From Takakia lepidozioides (lineage: Eukaryota > Plantae > Bryophyta): a stretch of DNA of 64,000 bases. The position numbers were made by a program, and so were the translations under genes. How positions within the stretch are numbered: position 1 is the stretch's first letter; each line of letters begins with the position of its first letter. A model generated the notes under the pieces. That model saw only the letters and a list, made by a program, of their open reading frames with translations. It did no database searches and was not told where the DNA came from. The stretch covers positions 27,900,001 through 27,964,000 of the forward strand of contig CM060734.1 in assembly GCA_030704615.1 (NCBI GenBank). The letters run 5' to 3'. Shown here piece by piece: positions 22,501-37,640 of the stretch.

Positions 22501-23630
22501 AATCTCTACATAATGTTAGTTTCCTAATATCTACGGAATCCAGCCCTTTAACCATTGAGTTAGTTTGCATCTGATGCATTCTATCTTGGTTTATATGACC
22601 TAATCTATAGTGCCATAGGTCTGCCTTGTTAGTCTCAGAAAATAAAATTTTCTTGAGACCTAGCATATGAAGTACGTCAAGTACCTCCATTCGCTGTCCA
22701 TTACACAATAACACTTTCACATTTTGCTATGAGATTTTCCTTGGAATTCTTCAGGTTGCAGTAACCTTCTTTTATGTTCATCTATTTCATGTGTTGAGTC
22801 ATCCCCTAAATAGACAACTTGTCCCTGTCTCCACTCTTTGTATGTCACAAAAGTGTGTATGTCATATGCCATGAGTTGTGTGGCTCCTGCATCCACATAC
22901 CAAGTTGAATCTTTCCCTTTATTTATGATCATTGCTGCTGCATAGAGCTAATTGCCTTCAACTGCAACATGTCATTGTGTTGCTTGTTTGTTTGCTGCTT
23001 CAGCTGCAATCCTCTTCCTACAGTTTTTAATCATATGTCCAGGCTTCTTACAGAAAAAACACTTGATTTGCTTCTTCTTTCCTTTATTTGAGTTTGATCC
23101 TTCGCCATCCTCTTTCTTCACACTACTTTTGTCCTCACTTTGCTTCTTCTTGTTGAAACTATTATATGTAGACTTCTGTTCAAAATATAATACAGTTTTT
23201 GAATCTGTAGTAGGTCCAAGACTCATCATTAAAGTTTCCTCCTGAATTAAGTTTGTAATTAAAGACTGTAGACTTATATTCGGCTGTCTCCTAAAAGAGC
23301 GTATAAATGTCCGATAACTCATCGGCATGCTCCTCATTAGGGATAAGACAACATCCTCGTCTGACACAGGGGAACCAACAGCGGAAAGCTGTTCTAGCAA
23401 AGATCTGAAGACATGTATATGCTTAGTGACATTTTCATTCTCTTTCATTTTTAAAGTTTGAATTTTGTCTCTAAGGTACATTTTGGTTACTGCATCCTTT
23501 TATTCATATAACCTTGTCAACTCTCGGTATGCTTCAAAAGCTGATGTACATGACTGTACATGGGACACTACACTATTGTCCAAGCAGTTGTTCATTATGG
23601 TGAACTTGAGAGAGCATCTCTTCCCACTTT
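19388..23630 (-). mobile_element. Ty1/Copia retrotransposon, degenerate, 5' truncated
   Basis: Order gag (CFFCKKPGHMIKNC), protease (WYVDAGA), integrase (LWHYRLGH, LRADGGGEY, PQQNGVSERKNR), RT (YKARLVAKG, SLYGLKQ, YVDD), RNase H (KHIDIKYH). Many stops, frameshifts and deletions. Confidence 0.96.
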
Positions 23631-25255
23631 CATGTGTGGAAGCATAGAGTAACACTATTGTTAAAAGCTGAAAAATTATGGGCTCTAGTCGTAGGGACAG
23701 AGGTAAAACCAGTAGCTCCCATAGCAACACAGATTGTTGTTGGGCAGCAAGCGCTTCCAACCACAGATGTTGGGAGTATAGTGAACTACTGCAACAAGCT
23801 GTTCACACACTAACATCTCGAGGACAAATCCAGTCGAATACTCTAAGAGGTGCTCCCTCTCCTTTGCCTTCAAGTAGTCCCTAGCTGGAGCATGAGCACC
23901 ACATCGATCACCTACAATTAAATGAACCCATGAACTGGGGGGAGTTGAACCCCCTGATCTGCCCAGTATGCATACAGTCCCCCCCCACCCCCAAGCAGCA
24001 AGGCATCCCATGAAAGCAAAGAGCCCCAACAATGTTTAGTTAGTTATCCCCTGCCGTCTGCTGCATTTGTGTTTGCATTCAGAGCATGTGTGTGTGCTAT
24101 GAGCACTCCTTTACTCCTTGGCACTCTCCTCAACCTTGCACCTCTTGTCCATGAATATTGGTGAGCTCGAGGCAATCCTTGGTGTTAGTAGCGCCGCTTT
24201 GCGTTCATCGCAGCTTCTTATTAGTTAGTAATTGCTATGGAGCATTCATACTATTCTAAGGTGGGGGATGGCTGCAAGACATGGTGATCAAGCGCAAGGA
24301 GGTGCCGCATAGCATGCCACCACTGCCTTCGGAAGAACATAAGAAGGCGGCCGAAGTGTTAACCTATTGGGGGTGGCGATACTGCCATAGCCAGATATTT
24401 GGAGCGTGCCAGCGAAATGTGGCGAAACTGGGATGGAGGGGCTGTACGCAGCGATTTGAGACGCTCGGCTACGGCGGCACCCTAGCACGCTGCCTGCTGG
24501 CCGGCTCACTCTTCCAACCGCGTCCAACGCGTTATGCTGCGCGCACGCGAGAGTTGCAGGAAGTCTGAGCAGAGAGCGGAAGCGTCGAAAGAGCAGTTTG
24601 GAAGAGGAACTGGTGCGGTGTTCTTTACTGTCGCTGCGGTTTACCCTTTGAAAAAAAAAAAATTATAATAGGGGCGGGGGGGCGCTTTTTGTTTGCGCAT
24701 ATAGGGTGAGGCCTGTGCTTGGTGTAGATTCTCTCCTGCATCCATTCTGCTTTAGCAATCTTTTAGCGGTCTGCATCTAATCCGTGTGATACCACCTCGT
24801 TTGAGTTTTCAGGTCATACTCCCCGGTGAATTCCTTGCGATCCCAGGTGTTTTGTGAGTTTGTGCAAGCTGCTAGGAGAGCGGTGGGATCAGACGTGCGT
24901 GTCAGAGATTTTGCGGATCTAAGATTGTGAATATTGGCGGAAAATTATTTCTAATTCAAACTGAGCATTCAGAACTCTTGCCCCTCATCCCTTCAAATTC
25001 ATCCCTCTGTTGGGAAGATATGTAGTCATACAGAGTTGCGTTCTTCAACCATGGTAGGTAGGCTTCATTCGTAGATCAAGAGTGCACTTGAGCGCGATTT
25101 CTAAAAGTAGACGTGCATATTTTGTTATGTCAGCAATGGATCATTCTATCACCAGTCCAATAGAACATGTTTGCGTCAGGTAGTGCAGAAGTCCTAGCAT
25201 ACTAGTTGTGAGGACCAGGGGTTTGGCTCGTCAACAGTGAAGAAGTCTGGAGGAT

Positions 25256-28200
25256 ATGTACAAGGAGCGGGCGTCAGCGCAGGTAACGGATGGCAGAGGT
25301 GGACATGCTAAAGGGGAAGCATCTCTGTATCGTGACGGCAATGAAAGCAAGAAGCGCACTGACGAACTTTTAGAGAAGTCCCCGCCGTCGACTTCCAAAG
25401 GAGGAAATGGAAGGGATAAGGAGCGACCAGCAGCTCCATCAACGTCAACTATCGCACGTCGGTTGCCAGCAAACGACGGCAAGAACACGGTGGACAAGAC
25501 AAAGTACCCGGACGATGGTGAGTTTCCTTCTTTCCTGTTGTTACAGTTAATATGCACATGCATGTCTTTCACATTTTCCGGAGGATGTTACTGCATCACG
25601 AAGCCATTTCCACATTAGATATTCTGGAGTATTCCATCTCACTAATCTAAAGCTTATCCGTTAGAAATGCTCCTCGGAAGTTGCCCGGGGTTGGGTTTGT
25701 TACCGACGTCAGAAGAGTGTCCTATTATGTCCCCTGGTGATGAGGTTAGGGTGCTGCAGATTTGAGTTGTGCATGCGTCAAGTTTTTTTCCAATTTTGAG
25801 ATTGCTCACAGATGATGGTATTGCCGCACCCCATCATCTTCAGGAAAAGAAAGTTGTGCACATGGAACAAATTTTGCAACTAAATGAAAGTATTAGAGGG
25901 TCCTGGTAAAATGGGGAGATTGATGAGGGAGTGCCTACTTTGGTTTGATTTATTGCCAATATCCATGCCTTTTCCTGAATGAGGATGGGCCTTAACATAG
26001 TCTGTGGCAGGATTTAAACTGTCAAATGTTATTCTTCTAAGAATCTCATGAACTCACATAGACTCTGAAAGTGCTCATCTGCATGCGTTGTACAAAACTG
26101 GAAGTGGTATGTCTTGATGCTGATAGCATAGTTTTGTTTAGGCACAGAACACGCACTGTGAGTAGGCACAGAACACGCACGTTTATCTATCTTGAACTGT
26201 ATGACAAATGTTACCAGATGATAAGCTGGCAACATCATGTTGTCAATGGTGTATGTATGTCATATTTTTAACTACAACAGCATGGTATAAGATGAGTAAT
26301 TGTATTGTGATGTGGGCTGCAGAGGATTCCGAAACAGATAGTGAGGAGTCAGATGTGAGTGGTTCCGATGGGGAGGACACCTCCTGGATTACGTGGTTCT
26401 GTGGCTTGAGAGGCAATGAGTTTTTCTGTGAAGTTGAGGATGAGTACATACAAGATGACTTCAATCTCAGTGGCCTCAGTAGCCAAGTTCCCTATTATGA
26501 CTATGCTCTTGATCTCATTCTGGATGTGGAGTCTCCTAATGGTAAGTGAAAGGCATTGCTCTTGGTTCTTTAGTCCCATTTGTTCTTTGTTATCAATACA
26601 GGAGATTGTGATGGTTCAGACATACAGTTGGACAGAGGAACAAGGGTGTAAGGGAACAGGTGGACAAGCACAGAGAAGAGGATTGGACAGTTTTAGATGC
26701 TTTTTAGTAGGAACATGAAGTGTTTGGTGATACTGAGTATAGATTCTGGAAGGCCAATGGACTCTTCTGCATGTTTTGTTGAGAACTTGTGAAGGTGTAG
26801 CTTGTAGAACTGTGAGGAGCTTATTGAAAGCATCCGATCACACCTATTCCAGTCCAGGATGAGGCACCCAAGTTGCAGGAGATTCTGGAAAGATATTTTT
26901 AATTTTTCTTACCGCTTTTAAGTTGCACCTCTGGCAGTTGTGGATATGGTGTTTGACATTTGCAACATCATCATGTGCGTATTGGGGGTGACTGCAGATG
27001 ATATGTTGACAGAGGAGCAAAATGAAATGGTGGAGTCTGCTGCTGAAATGTTATATGGTCTGATTCATGTCCGCTATATCTTGACAAGCAAGGGAATGAA
27101 TGCCATGGTATGTAAGGTTGTGTCACTTAATGGATGGAACAGGATACGTGGAGAGGTTCTCAGTAGTTGGCAGGATGATTCTTGGCATTGTTGTTTCATG
27201 AATGTGAAATGGTGGTATCAAATACATGGATATGATAGTTTTCAGTATCTTAGAGCTGGAGGTTCTACTGAAAAATGACTGTGGTTTGCAGCTTGAGAAA
27301 TGCAAGAATGTAGACTTTGGCAGGTGCCCCAGAGTCTATTGCTCTGGCCAGCCATGTTTGCCCATGGGTCAGTCAGACATTCCTCGGACAAGTACTGTGA
27401 AGATATACTGTCCAAAATGTGAAGACATATATTACCCCAGGTCCAAGTACCAGGGCAGTATCCTCTTTTATTATTCCCAAATCTACTGTGTTTTGTTAAA
27501 AGTTTCAGTGAGGATGGAGAACTCGCCCAGTTTGGCAGTTTAGTTTGATGTTAGCAAGGTGGCTCACACTAGGATTTCCTTGTCACCAAAACATTGTGAC
27601 AGATGGAATCTTCTTAACATGGCATCAACGTTGCAGGGGTTGTTAGGGCTTTGAGTGGAGCTGAGGTGTGAGGAGTAGACTTGTATCCAGTTCAATGCAA
27701 AGGTGGGTAGGCTGCCAGTTCCCCATCTTTGCTATCTTACTTCCATAGGGGAATGGAAGGAGACCCGTGTACCGTGTAGTTTTACTCGTGAAGGAGAACC
27801 TCTAGAACATCCGCCGGATAGCCATTTCGTAGAAGCAGACATAGATACAAGACATAAACCCCACCATTCTACACCATCGGCTGAGCCTTCCAGCAATATC
27901 ATCCTTCATAGCCTTAATGCTTCTGGGTGTTCCCGTGGAAATGAATTCTGGATATTGGGGCTTTGCCGATGAGATGATTCTCTCGAATCTGCATTGGTGG
28001 GTTCTACTTGTCCATGCTAAATCAGTACACCCCTTTTCCTTCCGATAACAGCTGTGGCAAATTTGGAGAATCCCCTCAAGGTGTGTGGCTGGGATAACAA
28101 AGTTGGATTGTTCTTTTGTGACTCTTGTCCTTCAATTTGTGAAAGCCATACCTGCTGCCTTGATCCGAGGTCTACGAACGTGTACTATCGCTGAGGGATA

Positions 28201-28426
28201 TGGGATAGTGGTTTGTAGCTCAGCATATCTCTTAGACTGTTCCTTTGCTTTGAGGTTTGATCTAATTTGTTTCTTGACCATAGCTTCAGATATTGATGGA
28301 GCGTACTTTGGAACAACATTTCCTCATCTCTTTCTGATGACGTACCCTTACATAAAACCGGCAAAGCCAACACAGAGTTACATTCCAAGGATATTTGGGT
28401 TTAAACTCCACAGGAGTGCTAGGTAG
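25256..28426 (+). CDS. CKB: Casein kinase II regulatory (beta) subunit; exons 25256-25517, 26323-26541, 26998-27107, 27292-27457, 28290-28426
   Basis: [75 protein letters not shown]; plant-type N-terminal extension; splice phases consistent and frame intact. Confidence 0.97.
27458..28289 (+). other. U12-type (minor spliceosome) GT-AG intron
   Basis: Donor GTATCCTCTT, branch-like TTCTTGAC about 11 nt before AG with no pyrimidine tract; splicing restores the conserved YQGNIDG. Confidence 0.85.
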
Positions 28427-28825
28427 TTGACTCTGCTACAATTACAGGTGGCAGAGGACATGTTGCATTGTTTCCTTGCTGTCCTTGTGGCAGTAAATGT
28501 ACTTGGATCCGGCCCTGAGGCTCTGATTGCAGTATTGAATGGAGGGCGGTTAGTCTGGCTGACGCTCTCTTTACTGCTTTCTGTGACTTTTGAGAGTTGC
28601 CACCTTTCTAAGCAGGAGGATTCAGCAATCCTGCATGTCGCTTTTTCCATGTGGAACCATTGAAGAGTGCTTTCTTGGCACTTGGCAGTTGGTAGGTTGG
28701 GTTCTGGGTGTGTAGCTCTGTTTGGACCTTGAAATTCATATTGAATTGGTGGCGAGCAATGTTAAGTAATTAGAGAAGCTGATACATGTTACTTTGCAAG
28801 CATGTGCCTGCAAGAGTTTTGTACT

Positions 28826-29205
28826 TGGATATGCCATCAGTGCAGAGGAGCTGCTGATTTGGAGATCAGTCCGGCGGACAGTGAGTTAAAGGTGCTTTTT
28901 AAAAGTCTTAATAGCAATTGTTTTCTGTGACTCTTCACTGGCAGATAATGAAGGTACAGGCCTTGGTATGCACCTTTTGGACTGGTATACTGATGAGAAA
29001 CTGGTATACCATGGATATACCATCAGTGCAGAGGAGATGGTGATTTGGATATTGGTCCGGTGGACAGTGAGGACAGTGAGGACGAGGTGCTTCTTAAAAG
29101 TTTTAATAGCAATTGTTTTCTGGGACTCTTCACTGTCAGATAGTGAAGGTAGGGGCCTTGGTATGCACCAGTGTTGGACTGTTATACTGATAAGAAACTG
29201 GTATA
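28826..29205. repeat. Tandem duplication, two units of about 186-194 bp downstream of CKB
   Basis: tggatat(g/a)ccatcagtgcagaggag...gagaaactggtata at 28826 and again at 29012. Confidence 0.9.
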
Positions 29206-32200
29206 TATACAGGTATCAGCTAGCGCCACTACCTAGCATATACCTGTATTGGTCCGATATTGTGTTTACTAATACTCCGGGCAATATCCTACCAGCCTGG
29301 CAGGTGGTTGAAAATTTGGTACTTGATACCATACCAAATCCATTTGGTGAGGAAAAACTTAGGTATGGGTACCAACAGCGCACGTGGCACAGTATGGATG
29401 CGCCTCTTTCAATAAGCAAAGTGGATACCAGGTTTTGGTGTTTTAGTGAGGTTGTTGTGATGGAGCCTCCATATGCTTGTAATTCTTGTTGACAGTGTGC
29501 AAGTAATATGTGTACATAGAGAGTTTTTTTTTATACCAGACGAGTTATGATAATGCCCCTGGAATCGGTTTTTCAAAACTCTTGCAGTGAAACACCACAC
29601 CAATAATGGTATTCAAATATTAGATTTTTCCCAATACTAGTGCTTCCCTGTATTGCAATCCGATGAAGGCCTCTATACCATTACTGATCTGGTATATTCA
29701 AAATGCAATACCAGTGGAACACTAGTATGCACACTAGCATAGTCCCAGTGGTCTCCCAAAGTACTAATGATGGGTCATTTTGTCCAAATAGAAGGCTGTT
29801 GTCACTTGGTTCCTCCCTCAAGAGGAGACCACGCATCAGTGCCAAAGTGGAGAAGATCTTTATATACCTTCACTAGTTAAGATTACTCTTGATTAATGAT
29901 CATCAAATATTAAGCACATGCCTGCGAAGGATCTACAGTAGAGGCTAACAACGCCAAATACAGTCGGGGGCCTCACATAAGCATCAACAGGACCTCATCC
30001 AAAGTACACTGAACATCCAGAGTCACGGTTTAGCACACCAAATCACACTGCGTAGAGCGTAAGCATAAAATAATGGTAATCCTATCAACAGGTGGCTGGC
30101 CTCTCATTGGCTAGCCTAATTACAATATTCAACACCCACAGGTCAACATGCCAGAGTGTACTTTTGGCAAAAGGTAACGATACAGAGCCAAAATTAGGTT
30201 GCACACTAATGTTCCCAACTACCTCAGCTTTTCATCGATGCATACAACAGAAGAGGATCCAGTGGAAGGAGTAATCCATTCCTTCACATGCCTGTGAAGA
30301 AATGTAAAATGGATGACTGAAAAATGAGAAACGTGATAAGTGTGCTGTCATGGATGAACGTCGGAACCCTAGCTTGGAAACGGAAGTTACTAGTCAGCGT
30401 AGAAGGGTGATGCCAAGGGCTCCCTCCTCTTTGCCTCGCGAGTGTTTTGCTTCTGCATCGTGTCCTCAGATCTCTTTCTTTGTTCGTTGCGTGTCGTGTT
30501 CACCTGGCCTATGAGTGTGAGAACATTTGGTGTTTCGGATCTGGAAAGAAACCTCACTTGGGCGTTGTTGCATACGATGGTGTAAGGCGAGGCTAGCGGG
30601 GGAGCACGAAACCTCGGTATGCACACCTCTCCTCACAGCACACGCTTTGTCTGTGCAATACAATGCTGGTTACATGGAAATCAGTTGACGGGTTACTAGA
30701 TCATTTCTAACGCATAAGGTAGCTCGTATGTTCAAACATGACGGGAGTGGGAGGGAAGAGATCCAATCATAACGGCCTCGGTGATGGATGGGATAAGGGT
30801 CGTCATCATTGGAGGTTTCACCCACTAGAGTATGCAGTTCAGGCAGAAAATTCCTACATGCCTCGTGTACATCTGCCTTTGGGGCAGGATTGTTCTTTTG
30901 TGTGTCCGTGACACTGCGAGAGGGATGTGCATAAAGCAGTCCAAAATGAATATTCTCTTTTTGCTTTTTGGGCTGTTGTGTAGTTATGCAAGTTGCAGGT
31001 TGGTTGGAGCCAGAGAGAGAGTGAGATAGAGATTCACCATCAAGAGAGTCTTGAATAACCATTTGGATAGAACTACACATGATAGGGGTCTCGAGCAGGT
31101 ATTTAAGGTAGAATTCACAGTACGCGGGGGTCCTCATAGACTGTAAAGTGTTATAATCTTACCTTATATGAATCATCGTCATGTCGCTTGGTTAGGGTTT
31201 GATTGGCAGAGTATGTGAGTTCAGACAGTTTTCTCATGTCTGCAAAACAATTCCATATCCAGCTCTGTGATTTCAAACAAGAACTATGTGGTGTGTTGGT
31301 TATAATGGGAGTTGTCATTTGGGGGAACAGCCTGAAGATTTACAATTCACTTGTGGAGAGATACTTGCGTCACAAACACCACTTGGGTACAAATTTGCAA
31401 GGGAGTCAAAAGGAGTAGATCATTTCGCCTAAAACCACCTGAAGTGTCCATGTAGGGGCTGTGAAATTTTCAACATGGCTGAAGCCAACATCATTGGTAC
31501 TTAAGGAGGACCACACCTTGAAGACATATTAAAGTCTCTTCTTGCAAAAAGATGTGACAGTAGCCATTGTTATGCTATTTCTCTCTTGTTCATATAGTGT
31601 AAAGGCAGCCGCTCACTTGCCGGCATTGAACATAGAGGGTAAACCAAGCCTGTTTGGAAAGCGACGACTGTATACCTTTGGCTTCCATATAATTTATGTG
31701 ATGTCAAGTATGCAGAGGTCTTTTCTCTTTCAACTGGAAAGATACCCACTTCGATTCTATGTCAAGATAATTAGTCATATCACTGTAGATAGATAGATGG
31801 TGGTGATAAGAGTGGGGTGCCTTGAAAGTCAATGATCATTGCCCCCCTCATTCTGCCTAGTAACTACATAGGCTTGCTACCTCAAATTAGTGCTGCATTT
31901 GGTGAATACATTGGACCCTTTGGCAAAAGCAGCCATGTAGTACAATGCTTGTACGTCGGGGCGGGCGGAGCTCCGCTCAGCCCTTTTGCTAACTCTCCCG
32001 CTAAACTGTTATCTCTAGGGTTCTGCTATTATTTTCTTCCTCCCCATGTTTCTCTTGCATCCTATTTAGCGACTCCTCTTATTTAATGCTCACTAGTTAT
32101 TGTAGCTATGCTCGCCGCCATAGCTCAAGTGCGAGCTTCCATTGATACTGCCACCTGGTAGAAGAGCGCAACCCCTTCTCAATCCCTTCTCTAACTGTCA

Positions 32201-35200
32201 TCTTTCTTAGACGCCTTTTACAAGCCATCTCTTACAGGTTTTCATGAAGTCTCTAAATGTTGGTCTTTCTTTGGAACTGGCTTGAATCGTTTCTATTTGC
32301 TCGTTGTGCGACTTCACCTGCGGACGCGGAGTAAGGCTCCCCCGACCTTGGTCTGCTTCTTGAGCTAAAGAAGCCAACCCTGGCGATTTTGGCGTTTTCT
32401 CACACCGATTTGGTGCACAGGAAGCCCTCTTTTTCCAAATCACAAGCTTCAACATATATGTCTTGCCACAGTGCTATGGCTACTGCTATTGCTGTAACGT
32501 TCATATACTACTTCTACTGGTCGTCGACAGTACAGGCAATGTAAGCGGCAGCACTACTTGTGAGACCTCGACCATCAAGGGACGCCCCTGCTACCAGCTT
32601 ACTACAGAGACCTGCGCACCCCGAAGACGGTTGCTCCGATGGCCCCAAGAGAGAAGACCACTCTTCCCTTCTTCCTAAGAGACCCGCATCCGAGGCTTTT
32701 GATCGTCCTGAACGCCACTACGGTGTCTACCGGTCTGAGACGGGGTGCTACATCTCCACACAACACGCAAGCCCCCTTGCAGAAGCTTAGAGACCACAGC
32801 AAACCCACCCCCACTGTGCATCTGGGCAGAAGGTCATCGCCCTTCATTTACGTTTCTAAGGCCGTTTCAAGTGTTCCAGGAGTTTTCAAGTCTTGTCTAG
32901 GTACTGCCTCAACCAGTGGCAATGAAAGATTGAGGTATTCTTTGGTTTCTTCATCTCAACCTCTGGCCATAGAAGAGAGCACAGCTGGATCACATAACAT
33001 GAATTCTACTATGCACACACTCGTGATGGAGCCCACGAATGGCTCCGCTGTTGGTGTGGGTACTTGGAGTTGCAGGGATAAGTCCGATATGTTGACCACA
33101 ACAGCCTTTTTCATCACTTCAGATGTGGAACATGACAATCAGCTTATACAGCTTCTTGAGCTGAAGACGTCAGCTCGGCGATTTTTGCAGTTTTTCAACA
33201 ACCTCCTCCTTTACAGGAAAATGAAGACCCGCAACAAACACGACCTTCACACCTCGCAAAGGAAACAGCCGTGTGGTACTCGACCCCCCTGGAAGCAATT
33301 CCTCACACCTGGGTTTCTCCTTATGGACGCTACATGTGACTCGGACGTCTGGCACTTTGGCAAGATACCTTACCCACAAGGGCACACCTCAATAAGAACT
33401 ACGAGCTCAAGGACCACTTCTCCAAAGCTACGCTATAGACTAATCAGGAACAGCATGGTAGCAGATGTTCCATCAAGACGGGCTATAGGCAGATCGTTTC
33501 AAGGCAATAGATGTTATCTCAAAGCTGCAGACTGGCTCACGAGCACCTGGGCGGCTGCAGCAAAGCTAATACTCTGGTGGGACCTCATCCGTGACAACCT
33601 TTGTCCCAGGGCAGATCATATTGTCTATGAAGAACTACGGTTTACTCATGTGCCCTCTCCTTGCCATGGAAAGAGTCAAAACCCGTGGCTTGAACCAATT
33701 GAAGAGGACACCCCACATCAAGCTGTCGACTAACTCACCATTGACAGGATGCACCTCACGGGCCGGATATAGGTGTCCCTCTCTCTACGTCTCGGATGCT
33801 CGTACAACTCCCCGCTGTTGCTGACCACTGGTTACGAACTACCATAAATCAGATTCACAGGACTTCAGACAGTCGATGGGAGGCAAGGCCCCTTTCCATG
33901 GGCCGGGTTAAATGTATGGTGCAGGATTTATACAAGAGCAATCAACCAGACCCCAGCTATATGTATGGACTGCCAGCAAAGAATCCACTGGAGCTTCTGA
34001 ACAGTTACTTCCGACAGCCCAAGCTGCTGCAAATTAGTGATACTCCCACCCCCAATATTCTGACCACCAGCTCCTCGGTAATGTCTATACTCTTCACCCA
34101 CAAGCTTCTCTATCCACTTGAGGTCCTACATTTAACAGGTAATACCACACCCCTTACCCTTCAGAAAATGCTATCAATTGAAAGGTTATCTCCTCTATTG
34201 CATACAATATCTCCTCCATGTGCCTTCAACGTACATGGCCCTCCTTTGACACTCCGTGCTGATGACCCTCAGAATTGCTACTCTTCCCCGCTTGGCAACC
34301 GACAACCTCAACTGAGATGTTTGTACTCTCCTTGCCTGCTGAACCCCTCTTACTCTCCTTCCCATGAATTTGCTGCGATCCCCCTTTCTATCAGCAGATT
34401 CATAGTATGAAACTTTGCTCTCAACCTGCAAATACAGCAAAGACGATTTTGTCCACACAACCATGCTTATTACCTCACTTCGAGGCCCTTGTACCCAAGA
34501 TCATTGAAGCTGCACTTATATACTATCAACCAATGTGGGGGCAGAATTCTACAATAGTTCTCCTATCAGCTCATGTCCACCTTGATGTGCATAAGGAGTT
34601 TATACTCGATTTTATTTGTCTATTGCCACAAAAGTTGAACATACCACATCACCACTTTTTTGTACGTGATACTTGGAACTACTTGTTACTCTGGAACGAT
34701 CCGGACCAACAAAACTCCTGTCCACACTATACAACATTTAATTTCGGTCCATTTTTTTATAGAACATCCTCCCCAATGCTAACCATATCTTTGAACCCCC
34801 AATCAGATTCTGACTGGGCGAATTCTTCTGGCGGGAACTTTTCTAAGCTGCATTTTAGGTTTCTTACGGAGCTGACCACTTCTGATCCTGTGTGCTGGAC
34901 ATATCAGCCAACAAACGATAGCAAGCATGTAACTCTTCCGCATGCACCAACACAACAAGACAGGCCATCCAGGGAAGTGACCTTACATGTTGCGTGTGCT
35001 GCCTATTTTATCTTTCACTTCAGATATCAACTTTGGATGTATGTGTTTGCTACTCATACCGTGAAATCTCAAACTCCACATTTCTATGACCCAAGAGCTT
35101 ATACCTTTAATGCTGTCATTATCTTGTTGGTTATTGATATTGTAAACATCTACTCTCAACATTATCAACACTCACAGATACACCTTTCTCTAACTATTTT

Positions 35201-37164
35201 TCTCACTTCCATGTGCTCTTATCTTTTACATTGTTATCACTCATAGGCGTTTGCCCCTACCAACACAACATACTTTTACCCCCCACAGTTATTCCACTTA
35301 AGGGCATATGCTCGTATTGCTACCTTGAACTCTATCTCTCCACAGTTCCATAGCTCCACCCTTGTCTCACGTACCAGCTAGTTTCTCCATAAGTTGGCCA
35401 ACGTAATGCCCACTTCTCATTGTGTGCAGTAGGACCATTCTAATGCAACCCACAAAGATACTCCTGGTAGGCCCCTTTCAATCGCTAGCACATACAAAAT
35501 TAATCTGGGACAAACACCTATAGGTATGATCTTCCCTCTCAGTTTTGATTTATTGCCTTCGGCGAGGCTGCCCGGTCATGCATTACTTCAACAAGACAAA
35601 CGACCAAGGGAAGTGACTCCCCGATATACTGAAAGTGGTGTCCCATTTCCTATCCACTTCAATGCTGATTGTGTTACCTACTTTGTTGTCAATGTTGAAT
35701 AGAATGCCTACTTTGCTATCCACTTCTACGACTCAAGGGCTTATACCTTTGCTACGATTACTTTCCTTGGTATAATATCATCCATGTTTTCAACATTTAA
35801 GGACGTGTCATGTCCCGGCCATCCTGACCTGTGGGAACTGATGGTTGCTAAGCAGGATTTTAGGCTATTTGCCAAGATGAATGTTCCTGAAGCGACTTTC
35901 CATTTCGAATGTAGTATCTCATTTCCTGTCCATTTCAATGTTATGCGATGGCTACTCTGCTGTCCACTTTTATGACTCACTATCATTACCTTCCTCTGTA
36001 TCAATATTTTAAACTCTTACACTGCACTTTTTCAACACTCAAGGACATGTCATGTCCCCATTCTAGACCCTATTTGCCCTATTTGCTTCTAATTTTCTCA
36101 CGCTAGTTCTCACACTACAATATTACCTTCAAACAAATTCTACATTACTCAAATTTTGGCACTACTTTCAATCAAATTGTATGTTGCCGATATTTCAGTA
36201 CTATTTTCAAACTTCGGTTCTACTCACACACAAATCTTATGCTGCTCATAATGCGTCCTTACTTGTAAGCGCTTTTTATACTTTGATACTACTTCCCAAC
36301 AAATCATTTTGCTACCAATCTCATTTATTCCCCATTCTCCATCTAATGTCAATATCATTTATCATCCATTACCCATTCAGCATCCATTATCCCACTTCCA
36401 GAACACATCACTAACATCAATGATCAAATCACATCATGGTAATTTGACACTACCTACCACTAAAGAGTTGAATCCATTACAAAATTATTTTGCCAGCTTA
36501 TGCTATCTTGACCACATAGACCCTCTACTTAATTTCAAACTTTGCCACGTACCCACACCAAATGAAATGAAATCGTCCCGCACTCATAACCTCATCATCC
36601 CCAACCGTCAACTCATTCATCCAAAGACACCTTCATCCACACCGTCCAGGATCATCCATCCACACTATTCACCTACCCAACCATTCCTGCCCAGAGCCAT
36701 CCATTCACGCTACTCACCTATCCACCTTATAGCCCCCACATTAAAATTTATACCCCCCATCTACCCACAGCCCATAATACACCTATACCAACCCCATAAC
36801 ATAGGCTCTCATAAAAATTTCCCATCACTGGACCCCCCCTTGCATTCATCAATGACTAGCTCTACTACTACCCACAATCCCACCCCTCACTATATACTTC
36901 AACCGCACCTTCATTCTCTCCATCCAAGATACAGCCGATATCAGCTGCGCAGCTGTCACCTCTACATACGACCACCAACAGTCACCAATGACTCAGGCAG
37001 TAACAAGATATGAAGCTGTGGCAACTTCTCAGGGGCAGTCACCCCCTGCCCCACACAGGATACAAGCAAAATTTCAGATTCCTCCCACCCCGTGGGACCT
37101 TCATCTCATAATTTACGCCCTGTCAAAACATCTGGTCTCCTCCATGGCACTTACATAACCAATT

Positions 37165-37640
37165 GGGATACTGGGTGGCCTGCTTTCTAGCCCCCATATA
37201 TCACCAATTCAGATGCCATCTCTTGCTGCGTTCACAATACAGACATTCCAACAAATGCAGATTATTCCCACTCCGTCGGATTTCTATTTCATGTTCCCTC
37301 TCTTCTTCTCACTGCTGGTTTAATCAGTGTATCTTATACAATAAATCGAAGGGCGGGGTGACCTGCTTACCAGCCCCCACCCACCACCAACTCTGCAGCC
37401 ACCCCTTGCTTCAACCAGTGTACAGACATGCTCAAACAAAGAAAATCTTCCCACTCCGTGGGCTCTTTATCCTATGCTTCTCAATCTACCACAATATCCT
37501 GATTGTACCATGGCACCCTATCTACAAAAGATGGTGCTGGGCGGCCTGCTTCCCAGCCCCCAATCATCACCATTTCCAAAACCACTTACCTCCACCCACC
37601 TACCTCTCTACAAACGGGATTCACCGGGTTACTCCCCTCT
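37165..37640. repeat. Degenerate tandem repeat, period about 183 bp
   Basis: ggg(t/c)g(g/a)cctgctt..(c/t)agccccca...caccaa motif at about 37171, 37352 and 37537. Confidence 0.65.

Noticed and set aside
30380-31200. Small LTR element (ttaca|tggaaatcag PBS-like)
   Set aside because: No paired LTR or coding domain found by eye
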